Position numbers and translations under genes: made by a program. Positions 62,340-64,000 of a DNA stretch of 64,000 bases are shown piece after piece; position 1 is the stretch's first letter, and each line of letters starts with the position of its first letter. The DNA comes from Rhina ancylostomus. Its lineage: Eukaryota. The notes under the pieces are model-generated. The model searched no databases, was not told where the DNA came from, and saw only the letters and a program-made list of their open reading frames with translations. The stretch spans positions 37,317,577 to 37,381,576 of the forward strand of contig JARFYF010000029.1 of assembly GCA_030265395.1 (NCBI GenBank), in the 5' to 3' direction.

Positions 62340-64000
62340 TAGGCTCATGAATATCCTCATCCTTAATAACAGCAGGGGCAGCATGTGAGTGTAAAGGACA
62401 AGACTGAAGACAAGAATGAAGCATTTGTATCCATGTATTCACTGGATGAGCTACTTTGGCCTCCTCCTGAAACCCCCATAATTATAGAAGATGGGCTTCA
62501 ACCAATTTGATTCACTCTGCATGATATCATCTTATGGTGAGAGCATTGGGTACAGCATGGCTGTGGGATCAGACAACCTCCTGGCTGTAATACTGAAGAC
62601 TTGCACTCAGGAGTTAGCTGCATTTTATCCAAACTGTTCCAATATAATTACATCATTNNNNNNNNNNATTAGCTTCAATCACCAAAGTGGAAAATTATGT
62701 GGGTATATTCTGTGCACAAAAAGCAAGACAAATCCAAACCTGCCAATGGCTGGCCTATCATCAGCAAAATGATGGAAGGTGCTACCATACAGTACCTGAT
62801 CTGTAATAACGTGCTCACTAATGCCCAGTTTGGGTTTTGTGAGGATCACTCACCTTCATATCTCACCACATCCTTGGTCTGGATGTGGACCAAAGAGATG
62901 AATTCTAGAGGCAAGGTGAGAAATGATTTATCTTGACTTCAAGGCAGCATTTGACTGAGAGTAGAATAAAGGAGTGCTGGTAAAACTGAATTCAAAGGGA
63001 AAGCACTCCGAGAGTTGGAGTCATATCTTGTACAAAGAAAGATAATTCTGGTTGTTTAAGGTCAGTCATCTCAGTCTCAGCTACCACTTTAGGAGTTCGT
63101 TAAGGCAGTGTCCTAGATCCAACTACATTCAACTGTTCCATCAATTACCTTACTTCCATCATAAGATCAGAAGTCAGGATGTTTACTGATGATTGCACAA
63201 TGTTCAATTCCATTCACAATTCTTCAGCGAATGAAACATCCACAATTGCATACAGAAAGACCCAGCCAACATGAAAACATGAGCTAATAAGTGTCAAAGT
63301 AATATATCAGCACATAAGATGCCACAGAAGGGTTAGGAGATGAGTGTCTCTCACAGTGGAGAGTCCAATCACCTACCCTTAATATTCAGTTGTATTATAA
63401 TTGTTTAGTCCCCAGTCATCAACAATCAGGGAGTCATCAGAAGCTCATTTTGAATAACCACATAAATATCAAGAGTAGATAAGAGGCTGGATATTCTGCA
63501 GTATGTGACACACCTCTTGACATCCCAAAGCCTTTCTATCTTTTACAAAATACAAGTCAGATATCCCCTGCTTGCCTGGTTGAGTTCAGTTGCAAAATCT
63601 CGACAGAAGAAGCTTAACATTAAGGAGAAAACAGTCCATTTGAATGGCATACAGATGACCACCTTAAACATTCATTCCCTCCATTACCAAAGCTACAGTG
63701 GATACCTTCTACAAAATGCATATTGTTNNNNNNNNNNCTTGCCTAGGCTTCTTGAGCAAACCCTCCCATCAAGGAGAAGGACAGCAGCTACAAAGAAACA
63801 CCACTGCTTGCAGGTTCCCTGCTGAGTTGCTCACCATCTTTACTTGAAAATGCATGTCTGTTCCTTCACTGTTGCTGAGTGCAAATTGTGCATCTACGTA
63901 CCCAATAGCATTGTTGGGAGTTCCTTCACCAGAAGGACAGTAGTGATACAAGAAGGTGATTCAGCACCTTTGCAAGAGCAAGTAGGGATAGGCACTTAAT
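62340..64000 (+). mobile_element. Decayed non-LTR retrotransposon (CR1/L2 group) RT region to 3' end
   Basis: AVGSDNLLAVILKTCTQELA, VHKKQDKSKPAN, AQFGFCEDHS, LDFKAAFD, GVR*GSVLDP (GVPQGSVLGP), MFTDDC (FADD); many stops. Confidence 0.85.

Noticed and set aside
1-64000. CRISPR arrays, operons or prokaryotic defence systems
   Set aside because: Eukaryotic spliced gene context; no repeat-spacer arrays or dense intronless gene clusters seen.

Overview
Vertebrate genomic DNA, inferred to be a cartilaginous fish (shark or ray) from its V-SINE/HE1-like, Deu-SINE, CR1 and Penelope repeats. The assembly is gappy, with many N runs. The left 40 kb holds the LRIG3 gene (leucine-rich repeats and Ig-like domains 3) on the minus strand. 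I traced 16 coding exons by hand from the ATG at 40015 down to exon 16 (900-1058). All have GT-AG boundaries and compatible phases, giving 2668 nt (889 codons plus 1 nt): signal peptide, LRR array, LRRCT, three Ig domains, transmembrane helix and the start of the cytoplasmic tail. The last exons lie beyond the left edge. A CpG-island promoter at about 39.5-40.55 kb carries CCAAT, E-box and GC-box elements and two divergently oriented ZNF143/THAP11-type motifs. The right 24 kb is intergenic and holds decayed retroelements (CR1, RTE, Rex/Babar, Penelope-like, SINEs, LTR ends), several of them nested, plus a few repeat-free candidate enhancers. I found no convincing new protein-coding system. The best second-look items are a Penelope insertion with a 13-bp TSD, inverted ends and a hammerhead-ribozyme relic, V-SINEs with two different LINE-derived tails, the bidirectional-type promoter, and a hairpin centred on a splice acceptor.
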